DNA of 63,293 nt, the filler included, from Conidiobolus incongruus B7586 (lineage: Eukaryota): NCBI GenBank assembly GCA_000697335.1. It is 12 parts of 12 records of this genome, joined end to end, with 100 filler letters (N's around TTAATTAATTAA, not from the genome) between each part and the next. Parts side by side here need not be neighbours in the genome. Positions count along the whole stretch, not along the records: positions 1 to 10,057 come from JNEM01006531.1; positions 10,158 to 20,285 come from JNEM01006532.1; 10 more parts are not named here. One strand, given 5' to 3'. The notes below the pieces were generated by a model, which saw nothing but the letters and a program-made list of their open reading frames with translations, had not been told where the DNA came from and searched no databases. Within the stretch, counting starts at the first letter, position 1. The number at the start of each line of letters is the position of its first letter. Below, piece after piece: positions 1 to 13,868 of the stretch. The translations under genes and the position numbers were made by a program.

Positions 1-29
1 AAAAATAATTATAAGTGATTTATATATAG

Positions 30-150
30 ATATAGTTTAAGAATATTAATTCCTCTATATATTTATTATAACTTATTTTTTAAACTTAGCAATATATTTA
101 AAAAATCAGAAATTAAAAAATTTGCCTTTTTTATATTTTAAATAAATATT
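30..150 (-). repeat. Unclassified dispersed AT-rich repeat (related copies ~16710-16830 and ~45241-45360, opposite orientation)
   Basis: 101-123 AAAAATCAGAAATTAAAAAATTT is the exact reverse complement of 16728-16750. The reverse complement of 30-135 aligns with 45247-45335. Confidence 0.6.
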
Positions 151-2267
151 ATATTTGTAAAATTATTTTATATTATAAATTTTCATTAATGGAATAGTAT
201 TAAAATAGTATCATATATTTTTAAATAATGAAAATAATAATTATAAATTTATTTTATTCATAAATCATATATATCAAAATCTTTAGATAAAATCTATAAA
301 TTATACATGACTTTATAAGAAAATATCTAAAACTTAACTTATATTAATATTTATTTAGGATTATAAGGTTTGAGTTATGTGTTTGGATATTAGCAAATAT
401 TGCTAAAGGTTATAAATTTATCAAATATATATTTAGTACTCTATCGCAAAATATTATAATTTAATTGGATATAATTTTAAAACTTCATTAATATAGGTTA
501 TTAAAGAAATAAAGATCATTTGGAAATATTGGAGATTAATGTTTTAATATTTAATATAAACTATATTTTTAATAATATTTTAAAAAATTTTATCAAATAT
601 ATATTATATGAAGAGTTTTTCATTTAGAAAACAATTTTAGTATATTCATAATAATTTCAACGTTATTCAAATATTAAAATTTTGGATTAATTTCTTAAAT
701 AATTTTGATGAATAATCTGAAAATTAGTTTAAGAAAAATAAAATTGAAACATATCATTTAAGTTAATATCCTGAATTATAATTTTGATAAAATTTATTAA
801 TACTTAAAAAGATAAATTTTCCATTAAATAGATGCAACCATAAGTTTAATGTATCATAATACTTCGATTGTAAACACTTATAAAATGGATATAATTATAT
901 TCCTAAACCTAATGTACTAAACTGCTATACTAATGCGATCAATAATAATATTTTCATTTTAATAAGTATTATTTCATAAATTATAAAATAATGAATTGAT
1001 AAAAAGATATTCAAGTAAGATTTATCAAAAATTATAAAATATCTCTTCAACTATTTAATAATGGGGGATGATAAACAGAGTTATTTGAAAAAAAAACTAA
1101 AAATTTTATTATAATTTTAAAATTGTATGAGATATAATATTTAATTAAATAATTCTTAAAAGTATACTTTGATTTTATATTAAAATCATTTCAAAATTGA
1201 TTGAATATACTTTGGATTTAGAATTTAATATTTAAATAAAATTAGGAAAAATTAAAACAAAATAAAATAAATAATATAGTATGAAGATCCAAAAGAAACT
1301 TAGATTATAAGTTGATATTGCAAATTAATGAGTGTTGAATAAATCAAGGGACCAGCATAGATTAACCGTTCACAAAAAGAAGTTTCCTATCAATCAAATA
1401 ATAAATTTATCTAATCTCATCCAAACATTTGAAACTATCCCACTTTTGGGGTATTCGACCTACAAACGAAGTAAAATTCAAATATCAATAGAATTTTCCA
1501 AATCATAAATAAGCTTAAAATGAACAGATGATCATAAATCAACAAAAATTTTATCGAAATTGTATTTTTTCCTTATCCAAATATTGGACAAACTATTAAT
1601 TTTGGAAAATTTTAAGGGTTGATAAATAGTTATTAGGGTTAATTCATGAATTTTTTTTTGTTAGTAATTAAATCATCAATAAATCAAAGGATTATTATTA
1701 TTATTTTTATTTAAAAATTTCAAAGGTTATATTCAAAAGATAATGCATTAAATTTAATATATCATTAAATATAAAAGTAAATGATAATAGTTTTATCATA
1801 TTATATACAAACTTGTAGGCAAATTAAATCTAAAAATAAATTATAATAAATTGAATTAAGCTAATCAAAATTGATGGTGTAGAAAAAGTCGATTAATAAT
1901 AAAATGATAAATTAATGAATATATTTGATTTAAAAGTTCAATAGATGGATCAAAAAGTTAAATTAATTTATTTTTAATAAAATTTTTTATATTTTAATTA
2001 TAATAATCAAATATAATAATAAAGTATCGACTATCCAATTAAGATATATCCAAGTTAATATGAAGGATGACGAAATATCATTCCAAAATGGTGGCAACAT
2101 ATAAGCTCCGAAATTGACATTAAAGTACCTTAATGTAGGACGAGAAGTGGATCTGACAAGATGTTGTTTGAGTGTGGTAAATTTACGGAATGTGGAATTC
2201 AATCAATTAATTTGCTTAATTTACTAATAAAATGGATGTGCTATATTAATTATGAGTGGAGACTTTT

Positions 2268-3974
2268 TTAGTTCTTTTGAAAATCAAATAGCGTGGAATT
2301 GGTCTGGGAATTCACTGCATCAATGATATTTTGAATTTTAACCTTGAATAGCTCGGTCATCCTTGGCCATTGTGTAGTCATTGATGTGTAAACACGCATG
2401 AATTCGTTGAGGTGTGTCTGAGCTATGGGTCGCTTGTCAGGAGGAGATGGAAAGAGTGTGGCATGGTACAAGACCCTGCAAGCGTTCATGATACTAAAGT
2501 ACCATAGCGGACCGATGGTCAAATCCACGTGCTGGGTCAACCAGCAAAAAATTCTGATGGAGGTAATGGCTGCATCGAAACCCCGTTGGGAGAATGGATG
2601 ACCAACAATGGATGGAAACATGACATTGGGATAGTCAACTGAAATAATGATGTCGTTGAGCATCACGTTGATAGTAAGTGCTAGGATAACCGGCTGGATG
2701 TCGCAATAAATAGTCAAGTTTTGATTGTTCAAATATGGATCAATAGGGAATTGTGAGTTGATGAACTTGCTCCATTTTTCTACTCGAATTTTAAAATTTT
2801 TAAACTCAATGTCTGTTTGAGGATTGTGCTTAGCTAAATAAAAAGGGTCTTGAAGCTTTTGATTGAGCTGTTTTGATTGGACTATAAGGGTTATTAAGAA
2901 GAATTCTAATAAAAGTTGTGATCGTGATGCGTGCAGCACTTCCAGTTCCACTTTGGTGTGGATGCATTCCTCGTTTGAAACAGCCCGAGCGCCTACTGAA
3001 CTCATGACACAAGGGCCGGGACACGTTCGCTCCTCAAGGAAGCTTACGGGAACTCCTTGCAAATTGGAAGGTTTATCGTAGATTAGTGACAGAGCAGCGT
3101 CTTGAAGATATATTCCCCACCATAACCTCAAGTTAGTCTCTCTTTCGTAGTTTTCGATGCAAGAAGCATCAATTTTGTCGTTAGGATAACCCTCATATAA
3201 ATACAATTGATAATCGATAGATAATTTACACGCACTAGCGCTCTGCGCCCATCCTTTTTCAAATTCGTTCTCTACTAGATATAAAAACGCGAGGTTGAGA
3301 TGCGTTAACCCATATGAGGGGTCTGTGTGACCCCCCTCGGTTGTCACTAACTTCGCAGCTTGTTCACATAAAATTTCTATTTGGTCATAACTGATTATGA
3401 TTGGTGGTTGTTCCCCATTTTTCCCCCGATAAATATATAAAGCACCACACGCCAGTATGCTATATAGGACTGAAGGATACCGTTTCATTATTTGAGATAG
3501 TGATGGTTTGAATAGGTGAGGACTGATTTGATCCATCAACTCAATATACTTACCAATTAATACAAGCTGAGAGTTTTCGTCAACTGTATAACTGACCTCT
3601 CCATCAGGGGCAGTTGTGGAAATAAGCTGAAGGACTGGTGGCTTTCCAGATCGTACACTATTCACTTTAGAACCAGGAGATATAGGTAGTCTTGTACTTG
3701 TCTGTTGACTTTCTGTAGTTGTTATATCACCTACACTAGACGGCGTCGAGGGATTAGAACTTGTACACGTTTTAAGGTTGCGACGATGTTTTGATTTGAT
3801 GGGTGTATATTGGCACTGAGCGCCAGATTGAATACATCTGTAGCAAAATGGTTTCCCTCTATCACATTTAACTTTCCTCTTCCTGCAAACGTTACAAGAA
3901 AGCAAGATGACCTGGGAATCAGGGGTACCGTTCAAATTCCAACTCAATTCCAGAGACCCTTTTAACGAACTCAT
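2268..3974 (-). CDS. Zn(II)2Cys6 fungal transcription factor with middle homology region (~568 aa, intronless)
   Basis: CNVCRKRKVKCDRGKPFCYRCIQSGAQC binuclear cluster. ERETNLRLWWGIYLQD is typical of the fungal TF MHR. First ATG is at 3974 (the ORF track starts at a TTG, 4043). Confidence 0.9.
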   Translation of the reverse strand: MSSLKGSLELSWNLNGTPDSQVILLSCNVCRKRKVKCDRGKPFCYRCIQSGAQCQYTPIKSKHRRNLKTCTSSNPSTPSSVGDITTTESQQTSTRLPISPGSKVNSVRSGKPPVLQLISTTAPDGEVSYTVDENSQLVLIGKYIELMDQISPHLFKPSLSQIMKRYPSVLYSILACGALYIYRGKNGEQPPIIISYDQIEILCEQAAKLVTTEGGHTDPSYGLTHLNLAFLYLVENEFEKGWAQSASACKLSIDYQLYLYEGYPNDKIDASCIENYERETNLRLWWGIYLQDAALSLIYDKPSNLQGVPVSFLEERTCPGPCVMSSVGARAVSNEECIHTKVELEVLHASRSQLLLEFFLITLIVQSKQLNQKLQDPFYLAKHNPQTDIEFKNFKIRVEKWSKFINSQFPIDPYLNNQNLTIYCDIQPVILALTINVMLNDIIISVDYPNVMFPSIVGHPFSQRGFDAAITSIRIFCWLTQHVDLTIGPLWYFSIMNACRVLYHATLFPSPPDKRPIAQTHLNEFMRVYTSMTTQWPRMTELFKVKIQNIIDAVNSQTNSTLFDFQKN

Positions 3975-6900
3975 CACGCCCGAAAGAAATAAAAAGGCAA
4001 AGAGAGGACTTTGTAGTTTATTTATAGTGGAAATATAATTCAACGCAAGTGATCACCTCCAAAACAATAATCAACTATTGGAAATTGACCAATTAAGTTC
4101 GAGGTTAATTATATAAACAGTTATTTTGTTTCACAATTTTATTTAGTTTAAACCTTGAATCAGACAATTTCATTGGTATTCAAACAAAATGGATGAATAA
4201 GAGTAAATTATGGAATTATGCATTTTTATAAAGTTTTTGCCATGTATGTACAATGTATGCAATAATACCAAATCTAATTAATTCAACTTTAATTAAGTTA
4301 ATTCGGACTTAATTTTCAAATAGGATAATAATATTAAAAATAATCTAAATAATATATTATTTTATAAAATTAAATTTATTTCTTTTATAAATCAAAATTT
4401 AACTAAATATATTTATTCACTATAAAGTTACATATACACTCAATCATGTTTCATTTTTGAATCTTTAAAAAAAAGGAATTCACGATAAACAAAAATTAAA
4501 TATAAGTAATTGAACAAAATTCCCATCGTTGCAATATTTTATTTCATTCATGATCAAATGAGTGGATCCTTACAAGCATCTCGTTTTTCCATCACTCCTT
4601 AATTTATTTTTTTATTAGTTCAATTGCTTTTGTTACAAATTTTGAGTAGCGGCAATAAGTTGAATGAAACAAGTTAATATTTTATAAATTCTTCTTAATT
4701 TATATAATAATTCTTAATAATTTTGATTATTAATATTAGAATAAGTAATGCTCAGGTTCTATTGATCACCAATTCCCCAAGATCCTGTTAATGGAGGGAT
4801 TTAAGCAAAGTGAAATATGCAAAGAGAGTGAGGAAAACCTACACATGATGATTAGCTAATTGTAATGAAATTCGAGATTGGACACTTTTAAACTTATTAA
4901 ATAGACTTTATTTCAAGTTATTATACAGAATTTTGAATTATTCATATATCAAGCTATTTTCATCATATAATAATTCCTAAAAGATTTTTATTACTTATAA
5001 AGGATTATTAAAATTTTATAATGTTTTTTTATTGTTTTTAATAAATATCAACAAATAACTTATTTGTGATACTTAATTAGATATTTAGGTCATTTGATAG
5101 CAATAATATAAATACGGCAATTTTAAAAAAAAATAACAATTAAATTTGATTGGATCTAAATTTAAAACACTAAATAAACCTAAAAACTTAAATGAGGAAA
5201 GCCCTATTGATCATTACGAATGATACATCGTAATAAATACTATATACATATAAAAATAATAATTCTAGCGAAATATAAATAATTTTCACTATAATATTAT
5301 TGAAAAATAATATAATTTAAAAATTATCTTAAAATGAAAAATAAATTAATTTGAATAATTATCACATTATTGACCTATAATTTTTTTTCTAAATTTGTAA
5401 TAATAATTATAATAATAATACAAGGATTATCATCCATATTAATAGAAATATTAATTTAAATAGTTTATCATAAAATTATTTTGTTATAAATATTTTATTA
5501 AAGTTTAAATTGATAAATTTATATTCATGCTTATTTATTTTTCTATAAATATGAATTTATTTAACTTTTTAGTTTAAATTAATTAAAATTACTAAAATAA
5601 GATAAAATTCAATTAGTTCAAATTTGATTCAATTAACATAATTTAATTGGCATTTTTTAAGTTATAATTATTATAAAATTGATTATATAAAAATATAAAC
5701 TAATAGCATATTATCAATATTGAATTAATTCATATAAATTATTATAAATATAATGATTTTGACTTTTCAATAAATTGTATTATTTCAATAAAGAATCTAT
5801 CTATTTAAATACCTTAAAACCAAGTTTAACATCTAAATCAATTTATTTGGTTAATAATATGATAATTTAAATGGTTAATATAACGAGTTTAATATCAATA
5901 TTTCTGTTTTCATTTAATAATATTTGAGAAATTTGAATATTTGTTAATTTTTTATGGTTAAATATATATATATATTCAATGGCATTTTTATTAGTGTTAT
6001 CTAAAGTTAATTAAGGAAATTTGTTTATTCTTAATCCTTTGAATTTGCTTAAAATTATCAAACATCCAATTTGTGATATTTGATATATTATAAAATGAAT
6101 CATAAAATAATATTAAATAATAATAATAATAATAATAATAATAATTTGGTTTCTTTTCTAATTATATATGAATCAAAATTATTTCCATTATAAATTGACG
6201 GTAACTCTCCTTTATTAAATCAATGACTCCTTAAATGCTAAATTTATCTAAAAATTTTGAATTTAAATTGAATTAAATATAATAAATGTTGAAAATTAAT
6301 TTATTCTCTAAATTACCTGTTGAAAATCAAAATGCATTATTTATTACATAATTATGACTTCTATTCCATAAATAACTAAATTTCGTATATTATAATATAA
6401 AAGGATTTATTGGTTTAGCCGAATATTTTGATATATATATTATAGATATTTCTATAGAATAAATTGAGATGGATGTAATATCACTAATTATTAGAATAGT
6501 TGAGCCAAATTCGACCATTAGTTTCCTCAACACAATCCCAAAAATGCCATTGGTTAAATAAAATAATTTTCAAATTTGATGAGTTAATATAACTTTGAAT
6601 ATTTCGAGTTTTTAAAATTAATAAATATACTAAATATCATCACAATTATCATCCTATTTATTTATTCATGTTTATTAAAATGTCATTCAATACAATTATT
6701 TGACAAAGTGGAAATAAAATTGATTTTTTTTATTCTAGTTCAAGGCATTATTCCATACAATTAATGTCAATTTAACTTTGCCAATACTTTATCGTTATCA
6801 GGATGATTATATCTGTTTCAAAGTAGCTAGAGCTAATAATTTAAAAATCTCAAAAGTTTGATTTATAATGCTTTGAAAAATAAATATTTAATAGCATATA

Positions 6901-9900
6901 TTATTTCTCATGGTTGATTTACCTTAAATAAAATAATTATATTTTAAATTGTTTCCATTATAATCATTTTTATCAAATATTCTATTATATATACATCAAG
7001 GTATCAACTTTTCACATTGTGGATTAACTGTGAAGAAAATTTCAAAAAGCATAACTAATTATTATTAAATTGTTTGATAATTTCAGTGGAAAAAAAATTG
7101 AATTTATTATGAGTGCAGAAGAATGAAAGCTTTCCCAAATATAATTACATTTAAACAAAAACCAGGGTGATTTCAATGAAAATTTTGCTAACTAGACTTT
7201 TAGTTTCAATTTTATTTTTATTAGAATTAAACATAAATTTGAGCGAATATGGTTATTCTTCCATTGAAAATTTTGCTTAAACTTATGTGATAAATCTGAA
7301 TTATTTGTATCTCTTAGATACATGTATTTGTTTTAAATTAGCTCCATATTTTATAATACAACGAAAATATTTAAAATGCCTTCATGTTAATCTAATCATC
7401 ATGATATTGAACTTAATATTTTATCATATATAAATTTAATTGATGCACATTATTTTGATAATTCATGAAATGTATTTTTCATTCAAATACATGTCCATAT
7501 ATATATATGTTATACGAATATTCATAATTTCTCAATTAAAATGATTGTAAATAATATAGATAATATTATTTCACTGATAGCTAATATTACAAATTAGTCA
7601 ATAGGTTAAGAAATAGATTCAAGTTTCAAAATAATATGAAATTATAGTTGAATAATTTATTTAATCGTATCAGTTATTATTTTTTAAATGACTCATTTAT
7701 TTTCACATTAAATTATTTGTAATTTGAATATTTTGATTGAAAATTATTGTTGAATATAATTAAAATTTATAACTTTTTTTTGTTTAATTAATTTAAATTA
7801 AAATTTGATATTGAAAGAATAATAATACTATAAAATAACTTACCCAATGATAAAAAATTTTATAATTCACACCCGGATACCATCATATTTTTGAGAAATT
7901 TTTCAATTTTAAATAATATTGGTTGACGTGTTAAAAAATATATATTTATGTATAAGAGCTTAATATTAGAATAATACAAAAAATTATTTTTGAATATAAA
8001 TTTTTTTTTATATAATTCCTTGAGGTTTTATGATAAATGACTTCTTTCAAGTATTATATTTGGAATTGAAATATTGATAGATTGTTTGCAAGAAAAAAAT
8101 CTACCTTGAAAATATAAATATTTTTATATTTCATATATAAAATAAAAATTAATTCAATTTGTAATTAAATTTAAAAGCTTCGGTCATATACCTATTTTTC
8201 AACCGCATATATTAAATAGACAACCAAAATATTTATTGGTATTGTACTAATTTGTAATAACTATATTTAACAAAATATATATTTGTTTAAATTATGAATG
8301 TGATGTATATGGCTAACCAACTCAATATTTCATATCATAATCAAGTTTCATGAAATATTATATCCAATATATTTTTCCTAATAATTATCTGATAATTATA
8401 ATTTCATTTTTAGCTCTTTAATGTTTTGAAAAAAAATTTTTTTATGACTAATTATGTTGTTACACTAAATTTTCAAAAATATTAAATATATATATATATA
8501 TATTTATAAATATCAATCTTGTTATAATTTATATTTGATTTATTAATATAACATTAATTCACTTGATTCAAATTTGTTCTTTGAAATACATTAAAAATAT
8601 GAGCTATACTATTGAATATATTGATTATCTATTAAATTCTAGATAAATTCAAATTATAAATATTACCTGATTTAGACATAGATATATAATATTTAAAATT
8701 AGAAACAATAATTATAATATCTGGTTTAATATCTAGTAATAATCACTTTGTTTGAGTTCAATAAAATATTATTATTTTTCACTTTAATATATATATATTA
8801 TATAATTTATTTTTCCAAATTTTATTACTATTTTATTTTAAATAAAAACTATTGATCAAAATTAATTTATTCAAAAATATGACATTCTTGATTAAATATA
8901 TTTTAATAAAATATCGTTTTTTTTTCTAAGTAATATGCCTTTATAATTTATTAATCCAGGCTCAAAATGTGCTATTATAAGGTTCTAATAATAGAATATA
9001 ATAGAAGTTGCATCAAACATTTATCAATTGGAGTTGTCTATTAAAATTTACCTATATTTGGATACCCAATTTTTATATACCTTAAATTTCTTATAGACAA
9101 TTAAATGATAAGTTTTAAAAATCCAAACAATTTCGAATATATTCAAACATAATTCGTTTGTAATTCTTGAATTATATTGAATAATCAGATCATTTTAGAT
9201 ATCAATATAAGCCACTAGAACTCTAAACCAGTAAAAAAAATCATGAATTGAAAGGAACTTGTTGATATTACTTGATTTGTTATATTCTCCTGATCTCGTT
9301 TCCTGTAATTATTTTAGATTTTATGGATTCCAACTATCTTATAGGTTATAAATTTTTAATTTAACTCAATTGAATAAAAATTAGAGACCTATAATTTCAG
9401 TTATAAATAAAAAAGGAGAATTTCGTGGAGTTATATATTAGGCTAAAACATGGGCTAAGATAATTTTCAATAATGAAAACTCCTTGTTTTATTATATAAC
9501 GATTTATTATATTTGAAATTCAATTAATAATAAAGATTTAAAAATAAATAATCATTATTTAATGCCTAATCAAATAAAATTGATTAATTTTAATTGAACC
9601 TAATGAGCCAAGTTGATTTGAATATAATATTTAATAATTACAAAAACTATAAACTATCAGAATTTGAAATAAAATTTAATAGAAAGATGCTTGGAGTTTG
9701 TTCAATGTATTTGATTCTATATTATCATATCTTTAATCAAAATAATAGCCAAATAAAAAAAATATTCAATTAAAATATTTTATTATAAAAATTTAAATTA
9801 TTATTTAATTATCATTTTAGTATTAATATAAAAATTAAGTAATGGCATAATTTTAAAATTAAAATTAAATAAATAAATTAATAAATAATATAAAATTAAT

Positions 9901-10057
9901 AGTCTTTTTTATTATTAATAACATTTTTCTATACTTTTGGTAAGTTTTTAATATTAAAAAATAGTTTTTTATTAAAGATCAAAATTTAATATTTTACAAA
10001 CTATTACCATAGAATCAAAGAAATGGGAAATCTTTTAATTTCACATTTTTTAAACAT

Positions 10058-10157
10058 NNNNNNNNNNNNNNNNNNNNNNNNNNNNNNNNNNNNNNNNNNN
10101 NTTAATTAATTAANNNNNNNNNNNNNNNNNNNNNNNNNNNNNNNNNNNNNNNNNNNN
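10058..10157. other. Assembly linker 44N-TTAATTAATTAA-44N (also 20286-20385, 22584-22683, 29841-29940, 43593-43692, 45747-45846, 49573-49672, 54743-54842, 56589-56688, 60168-60267, 61998-62097)
   Basis: Identical 100-bp cassette occurs 11 times. The core has stop codons in all six frames. Confidence 0.97.
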
Positions 10158-10479
10158 TGATTTTGGTTAGTTAAAATATTGGCAGGCAATTAAATTCAAG
10201 GTGATTCAAGTTCTTGATGTTTTCAGCGTCGGTGTGAGGATCAAGTGTTCGCTGCTACCATATAACAGGGCAATGTATACAAGTTGTTTCAATGTGAACA
10301 GTGTGGGAAAAAAGTCCTTGTTTATTTGGCGATGGTTCCCATTTTTATATGTAAAAGTTGGTGAGGGTTCAGAGGTAAAATTAGACAAGATAAGATCAAG
10401 TAGATAAAAGAGATAAGATAAGGTAAGCAGATATGATTGACAGTGTCACGATGATGACAAAGTGATCTGATCTATGACA
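10158..10479 (-). mobile_element. 5' LTR (~10261-10479) plus tRNA-iMet-type primer binding site of an LTR retrotransposon, cut by a gap
   Basis: The minus strand reads TGTCATAG...CCTGTTATA, then immediately TGGTAGCAGCG (10250-10260), which is complementary to a tRNA 3' CCA end of initiator-Met type. Confidence 0.65.
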
Positions 10480-10484
10480 TGAAT

Positions 10485-10744
10485 CAATATAAACTTATTA
10501 AATTTTATATTAAATAGTATCAATATAATATATATTAATAAATATAGTCTTGATCTTAAGAATAGTCAATAAAACTTAAAAATTAAAAAATTTAAGAGGA
10601 AAAAAAAGGAACTTGATTTATCAGTTAAATTAATATTATTTAAATAATTAAAATAATTTTAAAATATAAATTATTGAATAATTTATAGTTAAATGAATTA
10701 TATAGAATTATATATAAGAATTTTAAGAGTTAGTCTCCTAAAAA
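10485..10744 (-). mobile_element. Heavily decayed LTR of the chromovirus family
   Basis: Aligns co-linearly with 61720-61968 (GAGGAAAAAAAAGGAAC and ...AGTCTC landmarks). Confidence 0.7.
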
Positions 10745-13069
10745 AATCTGAGACATAAGGACAAATCTAAAAAAAATTAAACTTAAATTAGATTTAGATT
10801 TTATTAAGTTTGAAATATTAAATACCTTTTTAATAAAATAAAAAATATCATTCAAATTATAAAGATAATATATATTTTATATAATTTTTTTTATTATATT
10901 AAAATTAAAACCTTAAATAGCAAAATTAATATTTCAAAGTAATATTTTTTGAATATAAATATATTTAGTATATTAAATTAATTCTTAATAAAAAAAATAT
11001 TTAATTATAATTCCATTAATATAATTTTCAAAATAATATTATTAAGAATGATATAACTAATAAAAATAAAATCAATTAATATAAATTTACGTTTTTTATA
11101 TTAAATTTTAAAAATCAAAACCTAATTTAAGATTTTTAATATATAAATTAAATTAATATTTAATAAGGAGTTTTATAAATATTTTATGATAATTATAATT
11201 GATATTTAAAAGAATAATATTGTAAGTTAATAACAACAATTAACAGCAAAAGAAACTGGTTTTTTAATACTTTAGAGTATATCAAAACTTGATCACTAAG
11301 TATTAAGAAATCAACTAGTAATAAATAAAATATTTATTAATAATTAGGCTTTGTTTTATTAAGCTTTGAATAATATATTCATATTACACAATAATATAAC
11401 AAAATCTGATACATAACTCTAAGATGCATGCAAGATTAATAATAGTGAATCATTTTATGCTTATAAATACAATAAATTTTAAAAGAGATAAAGGAAAATA
11501 AAGCATAATTTAAATAAAATATATTAAGTTAAATATTAAAAATAAAATACTTTAATTTTTATAATACTTAAAATAAAAACAAAGTTAATTTTTAAAAATA
11601 TATATTACCAGCTTTGTTTTACAAAAATAAAATTTTAATTATTTTTATTTTATATTTTAATATATTAAAAAATGAACAATATTAACTAAATTTAAAAGTT
11701 ATCCATAATTAAAAATTAAATTCAAATTATAAACCTTAATAAAAACATTATTTTTTGAATTTATTTATTAAATAATATAAAGAATATATTAGTAAAATTT
11801 ATTATATTTGTCATATTTATAATAAATTATAAAAATAATAATCTTAAAGATCAATTATTTAAAACATTATAATATGAAAAAATAATTGAAATAATTAAAA
11901 AAACTATATTAATGATATATAAAAAATTACCAGATTAATCATTAAATAGTACCATATTATTTTTATTTTTATAATAAAATTATCAAAATAGTCTTATTAT
12001 AATTTAAATAATATTTATTCAACAAAGCTATAGAATTTTTGTTGCAAGATAATCGTTTATGACGAGTATTATATGAGCAAAATATATGATAATTTTGGAT
12101 ATTTGCATCTTTATTTTAGGTCAAGCAAATTTTGAAAGATCCTTAATACTATATAAAGATGAATGATAACATCAATATTATTAAAAATATATTTGTTTAC
12201 TATCTAACCATCAATCAAGTCAGTCTTCCAAAATTGGTGTTGGATTCACCTCCTTGAGATCTCTGGACCCCATGCAGAATTTGGATAAAAGTGATCAAAT
12301 TTGATTAAGTTTGGAAAGTTAAGTTTTAAGAATAATAATTAATATGGTTCACAAAAAATTGGGTGAAGTATTAAATTTCAAATAATTATTAAAAAACGAT
12401 TAATCACATTTAATTATTTTTTCTAATATATAACATAGGTAATTAAATCCTTGAGAGCCACTATCAATGATATAATTTTCAACCATTAATAAATCTTACA
12501 ATATTATTTATTCATATTATTATTTTTAAAATGAATAAATATTTATTTTGTTGAAAAAAAATTAATGATAATACCCCAATCAATAATGTGGATACAAATA
12601 GGGTCAAGACTTAGGTTATGTTCTAATAATTTTAATAATTTCAAAATTATAATCAAATTGTAAATTTTAACTAGTGATAGTTATAATATTTTCCAGTTAA
12701 AAAGAATTTATATTTCCAGAGTGGTAAAAATAATAATTTCTAATAGAATATAATTATTAATAATGATGATATAATCAGCTAAATAAGGAATATAAATTCA
12801 AGGTATAAACCAGAAAATAACTTGAATAAAATTGATGACTGAATACATAGGGTGAAAGAAGGTGGATGGTTATAAGATTGGAACGAGTTGAGTATATTTT
12901 AAACTGTGGGGGAAATGAGCTTGGTATTATAATATAGGAGTGAATTACATAACTTATTACAGGTTATTTTATCATCATTAAAAATATATATAATTTTAAT
13001 GAATCACTTATTCTACTGAATTTTTATCATCCTTATTTGAATGAATTTAAAATTTTATTATTATATTAG

Positions 13070-13098
13070 ATTATTATTATTATTATTATTATTATTAT
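13070..13098. repeat. (ATT)n microsatellite; others are (AAT)n ~6116-6144 and (AT)n ~14823-14852 and ~41365-41386
   Basis: Tandem repeats directly visible. Confidence 0.9.
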
Positions 13099-13184
13099 GA
13101 GATACGTTATTATGGTTTTTTGTTAAATGTCGAATTTAAGGAGATATAAAAAATTCAATCCCTGAAAAATGATTTTAATCTTGT

Positions 13185-13868
13185 TTAGGAGCAAAAGCGG
13201 CATTGATTCAATTCTATTAGGCTAGGAATATCCCAGTTGCAGTCAAACAGGGTCTTCTTATTCAAAAAGTTTATCCTCTCAAGGTTGAGAAGTTCTTCAA
13301 ACTTAGACCTCCTGATGGAAATGACGGACTGGTTGACTGGGTAAGAGGACATTTTGCTACTCGAAACATGCTCAAACGTTGTACAATCTATGGGGTTCCT
13401 GTGGGTAGGAATTTGAGAAGGATGGAGCTGGAAGTTGAGTTGAGCGTAATGGGGCTGATAAGGATCTTCCATCTGATCACAGACATAATGTACCGTAGGA
13501 TGATTTAATAGGTCTCGTATTTGATATATTTTAGTATCATGAATCTCTTGTGTTGGAACATTTTCTAGATGAGGATGATGAGGGTGTTGGTAGCTGAGAT
13601 ATGCGCCTGGGCCCAACTCATAGAGATCTCCGTCAAATTCGGAAGGATCTATTGGCTGGAAGGTGATATCATTGGATAGCGTTGTGGTGAATAAGTAATT
13701 ATTATCAATATCAGTTCCGGAAGAGAAAGGGGCAAAAAGATTTAGGAGAATTTGGTGGAGATAATCAAGCGTGGCATCTAAATTTAGTCTAATAAAAGCT
13801 GTAAGAGGCTTATCTTTTGTGAGCCAGTTGACTTCGATAACTGTTGTTTGAGGATTAACAGCAACCAT
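13185..13868 (-). CDS. Hypothetical 227-aa protein, possible pRiA4b ORF-3/MM3350-like domain
   Basis: Intronless ATG-TAA ORF in a GC-richer island with a TATA-like sequence upstream. The motifs IRLNLDATLDYLHQILLNLF and VHYVCD resemble the family pattern (TLxxLHxxIxxxF ... YxYDF). The family call is by eye only. Confidence 0.75.
   Translation of the reverse strand: MVAVNPQTTVIEVNWLTKDKPLTAFIRLNLDATLDYLHQILLNLFAPFSSGTDIDNNYLFTTTLSNDITFQPIDPSEFDGDLYELGPGAYLSYQHPHHPHLENVPTQEIHDTKIYQIRDLLNHPTVHYVCDQMEDPYQPHYAQLNFQLHPSQIPTHRNPIDCTTFEHVSSSKMSSYPVNQSVISIRRSKFEELLNLERINFLNKKTLFDCNWDIPSLIELNQCRFCS

Noticed and set aside
1987..2202. AT-rich short ORFs (1987, 16251, 35307, 38628, 39645, 51827, 51978)
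   Set aside because: Mostly I/N/K/F/L-rich chance ORFs, many with non-ATG starts and no domain evidence.
2830..3081. Small ORFs overlapping real genes (also 19794, 19918, 24155, 24654, 24917, 25128, 52994)
   Set aside because: Antisense or off-frame shadows of well-supported CDSs.
4100..10057. Mitochondrial insertion (NUMT) explaining the extreme AT content
   Set aside because: No mitochondrial gene, rRNA or tRNA motifs recognised.
10102..10113. Recurrent palindrome TTAATTAATTAA as a biological repeat or CRISPR-like array
   Set aside because: Always centred in 44N+44N, so it is an artificial six-frame-stop linker.
10201..10407. Short ORFs 10201-10407(+) and 10206-10388(-)
   Set aside because: They lie in LTR/PBS sequence and have no protein motifs.
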